Source: Nitrosarchaeum sp. (GTDB taxonomy: Archaea; Thermoproteota; Nitrososphaeria; Nitrososphaerales; Nitrosopumilaceae). Taken from it: 64,000 bases of DNA. Below are positions 60,219 through 64,000 of the stretch, in pieces. Each line of letters starts with the position of its first letter. Position 1 is the first letter of the stretch. The translations under genes were made by a program, and so were the position numbers. Location of the stretch: NCBI GenBank assembly GCA_965223865.1, contig OZ245020.1, forward strand, positions 1,632,001-1,696,000. The letters run 5' to 3'. The notes under the pieces are model-generated. The model saw only the letters and a program-made list of their open reading frames with translations, ran no database searches and had not been told where the DNA came from.

Positions 60219-61088
60219 ATGAGAATAGGAATTATTGGAACTGGGATGTTAGGAAATGCAGTAGGCCTGCATTTGTTAGATTCAGGGTTTGAATTAACAG
60301 TATACAACAGAACAACTGAAAAGACAAAAGAACTAGAAAGTAATGGTGCCATAGTAGTTGATTCACCAAAAAAAGTAGCCGAGAATTCAGAACTGGTAAT
60401 AACTATTGTTAAAGATGCAAATGCAGTTAGGCAGGTGTCTTTTGAAGAAAAAGGAATCATTGAGGGAAAACATGAAGGTTTAACAGTTGCAGATATGAGT
60501 ACCATCAACCCTTCAGAATCAAAAAATATTTCAGAACAATATGAAAAAAATGGAATTACTAAATTAGACATCCCAGTCATGGGAGGACCAAATGTAGCAA
60601 TTTCTGGAGATTTAGTAGTAATGGCCTCCGGAAATAAGACAACATTTGAGAAATTCAAAAAAGTATTTGAAAAAATTGGAACCAAAGTTTTCTTTTTGGG
60701 CGAGAGTGGTACTGCGCATTCAGTAAAATTAGCTATGAATCTTCAAATAGCAATGCTTGCACTTTCTCTATCTGAAGGAATAATACTGGTAAGAGGAGCT
60801 AAGGTAGATCCCAAAGTATTTCTTGAAATTCTCAATTCAACTTATTTTAAAACGGGCATGAGCGAGAATAAAGCATACAAGATGATCAAAGATAAATTTC
60901 AAGCCACATTCACATTAGAAAATTTGAATAAAGACATCAAAACTATTGTTGAAACTTCAGATTCCTATGGACTAGATCTTCCAATGATCAAAAAAGCCCT
61001 AGAAATTTACCAAAATGCAACAAAACAAGGGTTTGGACAAATAGACTACACAGGAATTTTAGCATATCTCAAAAAAATAAATGAATAA
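60219..61088 (+). CDS. NAD(P)-dependent beta-hydroxyacid dehydrogenase (3-hydroxyisobutyrate/GarR family)
   Basis: IGTGMLG, VYNRT, DMSTINP, DIPVMGG, KLAMN. Confidence 0.92.
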   Translation: MRIGIIGTGMLGNAVGLHLLDSGFELTVYNRTTEKTKELESNGAIVVDSPKKVAENSELVITIVKDANAVRQVSFEEKGIIEGKHEGLTVADMSTINPSESKNISEQYEKNGITKLDIPVMGGPNVAISGDLVVMASGNKTTFEKFKKVFEKIGTKVFFLGESGTAHSVKLAMNLQIAMLALSLSEGIILVRGAKVDPKVFLEILNSTYFKTGMSENKAYKMIKDKFQATFTLENLNKDIKTIVETSDSYGLDLPMIKKALEIYQNATKQGFGQIDYTGILAYLKKINE

Positions 61089-61157
61089 TATTTTTTGATC
61101 AAAATTAAGACTGATAACTACCAAAAATTCTATAAGTTACTCCAATAAACGAATATT

Positions 61158-61919
61158 ATGCGAATGAAAGATAAAGTTGCAATTGTAACTGGTGCTTCAA
61201 GCGATATCGGAAAAGAGGTAGCAAAGAAATTTGTTGAAGAAGGTGCCAAAGTCATTCTTGTTGCAAGAAATCTAGAAAAATTAGAAGTGGTCAGAAAAGA
61301 GATAGGAAACGAAGAAGCAACTGCATCAGTTCCATGTGATTTAACAGACGAATCACAGGTCATGCAAGCAATTAATCAAATTATTAACAATTATGGAAAA
61401 ATAGACATTCTAGTTAATAATGCAGGAGCAATTAATGATCCTGTCCATTTTCACGAGATGGCAGATTCAGAGATAAAAAAATTAATTGATGTAAATCTTT
61501 TTGGAGTTTTTCATATTACAAAAGCAGTTTTAGGAAAAATGTATGATGTTAAAAACGGAGTGATTATCAATATTGGTTCCATTTCAGGTGACAGAGCAGT
61601 TCCAAGAGTGCATTTGGCTGCATATTCAGCAACCAAAGCTGCAATCTCAATGTTCACAAAGGCAATAGCAGTAGAATATGCACGAAGTAACATCAGATGT
61701 AATTGTGTGAGTCCTGGAATAATAAAGTCAGGAATGATAAAGGTATTTTTGGACGATCCTGATGCAAGAAAAGTGTTAGAAGATAGGTTACCATTAGCAA
61801 GAATAGGAGAACCAGAAGATGTTGCAAACTCGGTATTATTCTTAGCTTCAGATGAAGCTAACTGGATTACAGGTGCTATTCTAAACGTAGATGGCGGAAA
61901 GACAGCTTCAGAAGCTTAA
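61158..61919 (+). CDS. Short-chain dehydrogenase/reductase (FabG-like)
   Basis: [37 protein letters not shown]. Confidence 0.95.
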   Translation: MRMKDKVAIVTGASSDIGKEVAKKFVEEGAKVILVARNLEKLEVVRKEIGNEEATASVPCDLTDESQVMQAINQIINNYGKIDILVNNAGAINDPVHFHEMADSEIKKLIDVNLFGVFHITKAVLGKMYDVKNGVIINIGSISGDRAVPRVHLAAYSATKAAISMFTKAIAVEYARSNIRCNCVSPGIIKSGMIKVFLDDPDARKVLEDRLPLARIGEPEDVANSVLFLASDEANWITGAILNVDGGKTASEA

Positions 61920-62489
61920 ACCCTTTTGAAGTAAAGTTTTTGCAAGTAATTGAGAAACTCTCAAGGGTTCAGGGTATGAACCTTGTAAGGTTAAATCATC
62001 GAGTATCTTTTGCACATCATTGGTTGTGCATCCCTCTTTTCTAACAAAAACAACATGGTTTGTTTTTAATGTAATCTTTTTCCGACTACCTAGTTTATTA
62101 TATTGAGATAATTTTGATTCAAAGGAATTTGGAAAATGATGTTTTAGTGCAGATTCTATTCCAGATGAATCATGGTAAGTAACTCCGATGATTGGAATTT
62201 TCAGATGTTCATATAATTTTTTTACATCTATTATATTATACAAAGATACGATCAATCCTGAAATTAAGACATAGTTAATGTCAGGTCTTTCTAATTCATC
62301 ATACATTTTTAGAATTACATCAGTTGCATCATCTCCTTCCAAAGTAGCGCTGCCAAAAACAAATCCATCTATAAGAAAATTTCTTCTCATTACTAATCCA
62401 GATAAGATTGATTTTTTTGAATTTTGTCGGAAACTTTCAGCAATAGCAAGGCAACGCAATCCCTTTTTTTCAAGATGAAGAGATCGCAT
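61908..62489 (-). CDS. DUF99 family (endonuclease V-like) protein
   Basis: Start MRSLHLEKKG; LAIAESF, GDDAT, YNIID, PEPLRVS. Confidence 0.8.
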   Translation of the reverse strand: MRSLHLEKKGLRCLAIAESFRQNSKKSILSGLVMRRNFLIDGFVFGSATLEGDDATDVILKMYDELERPDINYVLISGLIVSLYNIIDVKKLYEHLKIPIIGVTYHDSSGIESALKHHFPNSFESKLSQYNKLGSRKKITLKTNHVVFVRKEGCTTNDVQKILDDLTLQGSYPEPLRVSQLLAKTLLQKGLSF

Positions 62490-62592
62490 TTTTTCTCCTA
62501 AGATATACCCTATAGCTAATGCCGGCAACACCCATAATAATACCAGTAATAACAGACCACAAAGCAAAAGAGGATATTTCAAACTCAGCCAA
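62470..62592 (-). CDS. 40-aa single-TM microprotein (not in ORF track)
   Basis: TTG start, MAEFEISSFALWSVITGIIMGVAGISYRVYLRRKNAISSS; TM helix plus basic tail; overlaps the DUF99 start. Confidence 0.55.
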   Translation of the reverse strand: MAEFEISSFALWSVITGIIMGVAGISYRVYLRRKNAISSS

Positions 62593-62691
62593 TTAACAAA
62601 GCATAGCAAAATAACGCATCTAAAGTTTCGGTTTAAAAAAACAAGATCCAGTATCTGAAACATCTAAATAGATTTGATATAAAGAAAATTC

Positions 62692-62901
62692 ATGCCTGAT
62701 AGCACATGTCCTGAGTGTGGAAAAAGACTATTTCATGAAAATGAGACCACACTAAAAATTCAAGAAACAATTCATTCAAAATTCTGTAGAAAGAAGATAG
62801 GCGAAACTCACAGTTATATGCACAGAGATCCAGCACATATGAGTACATTTGATCCAGAAAGAGAAAATGATTCAACAGGATCACCAGTTTTGAAAAAATA
62901 G
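62692..62901 (+). CDS. Small CPxCG zinc-finger protein
   Basis: TCPECGK...IHSKFC. Confidence 0.7.
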   Translation: MPDSTCPECGKRLFHENETTLKIQETIHSKFCRKKIGETHSYMHRDPAHMSTFDPERENDSTGSPVLKK

Positions 62902-62953
62902 CGGTCATACATAATACTCAAAATTATATCCAAGCATTTAGAAATCAAATTAA

Positions 62954-64000
62954 ATGGTACCAAAGTTGAATTTTGATTTAGTTATAGTAGGTGGCGGTCC
63001 AGCTGGATCTTCAGCTGCTTTTGAGGCAGCAAAAAAAGGAGTTAGTGTGGCCCTTTTAGAAAAAGAAGAATCAATTGCCCAAACAGTAAGGACAAGTGGT
63101 GTTACATGGATACAAAATATTAAAGAATTTGGAATTCCAGATGATTGTTTTAATCCCATTACAAACTACTCGTTTTGTTCACCAAATAATGAAGTGACAA
63201 TTAGCGATGTAGTGCCAAGGGCAGCAGTTTTAGATGTTAGAAAAACATATCGATGGTTGGTAGAACAAGCAGAAAAAGAAGGTACTGAAATCTTTGTAAA
63301 AACAAACATCAACAATGTTAAAAAAAATGACAATGGTGACATTATTGGAGTTACCGGTACAAACCCTCAAGGTGAAATTGAATTTAACTCCAAAGTTGTT
63401 ATTGATGCAAGTGGTTTTCCATCTACGGTTTGCAAGGCAATGAATTTTGCTACACAATGGAAGAGATTTGGAGCAGGTGCAGAATATGAAGTAAGAGCTC
63501 AGAATGTAGACAAAAATACATGGTGGTTAATGGTGGGCCAAAAGTATTCGCCAGCAGGATATGCATGGATATTTCCTGTTTCAAAAGATATCGTAAGAAT
63601 TGGAGTCGGAATTGGAAAGCCTGAATCACCAATTGATCCAACTGAAAGACTCAAAGAACTAATGGAGAACAAAGTGGGACCTATCGGCAGATTAGGAAAA
63701 ATCACACCAATAGAATTCCACTATGGATTAATTCCAAATGATGGGTTATCAAGAAAAACAGTTTACAACAATTTAATACTAGTCGGAGATTCAGCAGGAC
63801 AAGCAAATCCATTGGTTTTAGAAGGAATTCGATATGCAATCAAATTTGGAAGAGTAGCAGGTAAAGTGGCAGCTAAAGCTATCAAAGAGGGTAAGACAGA
63901 TAAAAAAGCACTAGAGCCATACGAGGAGAATTGGAGAAAAGAGATCCAATCAAAAATAAATTCTGCAGGAAAAGTACAAGATAGATGGATTGGACTATCT
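62954..64000 (+). CDS. Geranylgeranyl reductase family FAD oxidoreductase; runs off the window edge
   Basis: Manual translation MVPKLNFDLVIVGGGPAGSSAA, VIDASG, PAGYAWIFP, LVGDSAGQANPLVLEGI. Confidence 0.9.
   Translation, partial: MVPKLNFDLVIVGGGPAGSSAAFEAAKKGVSVALLEKEESIAQTVRTSGVTWIQNIKEFGIPDDCFNPITNYSFCSPNNEVTISDVVPRAAVLDVRKTYRWLVEQAEKEGTEIFVKTNINNVKKNDNGDIIGVTGTNPQGEIEFNSKVVIDASGFPSTVCKAMNFATQWKRFGAGAEYEVRAQNVDKNTWWLMVGQKYSPAGYAWIFPVSKDIVRIGVGIGKPESPIDPTERLKELMENKVGPIGRLGKITPIEFHYGLIPNDGLSRKTVYNNLILVGDSAGQANPLVLEGIRYAIKFGRVAGKVAAKAIKEGKTDKKALEPYEENWRKEIQSKINSAGKVQDRWIGLS

Overview
AT-rich archaeal chromosome segment, very probably from an ammonia-oxidising thaumarchaeote of the Nitrosopumilus type. 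Markers are CdvA, thaumarchaeosortase, proteasome beta subunit, Alba, SMC, deoxyhypusine synthase, CofE, NreA and frequent TTG starts. Positions 1-50 kb are mostly core genes for translation, sulfur/thiamine/ergothioneine metabolism, chromatin and repair. They also hold three low-complexity repeat proteins (an H1-like Lys/Arg/Ala/Pro protein, a collagen-like protein, and an Alba with a repeat tail) and several small genes missing from the ORF track, including two ~79%-identical ribbon-helix-helix-like microproteins. Positions ~50.9-57.5 kb form an accessory island of short, unrelated, often secreted or decayed genes. These are separated by recurring CACTA-cored sequences (AAGATTTTG[C/T]ACTAA, and a 38-39 nt CACTAGGAATCA... 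element). One operon there is joined by a repeated AAATGAAAA[C/T]T junction that supplies a start codon plus stops in both other frames. This cassette-like architecture is the best candidate for an undescribed system. No rRNA, tRNA, CRISPR array, transposase or integrase was recognised. All calls come from reading motifs by eye, and no searches were run.
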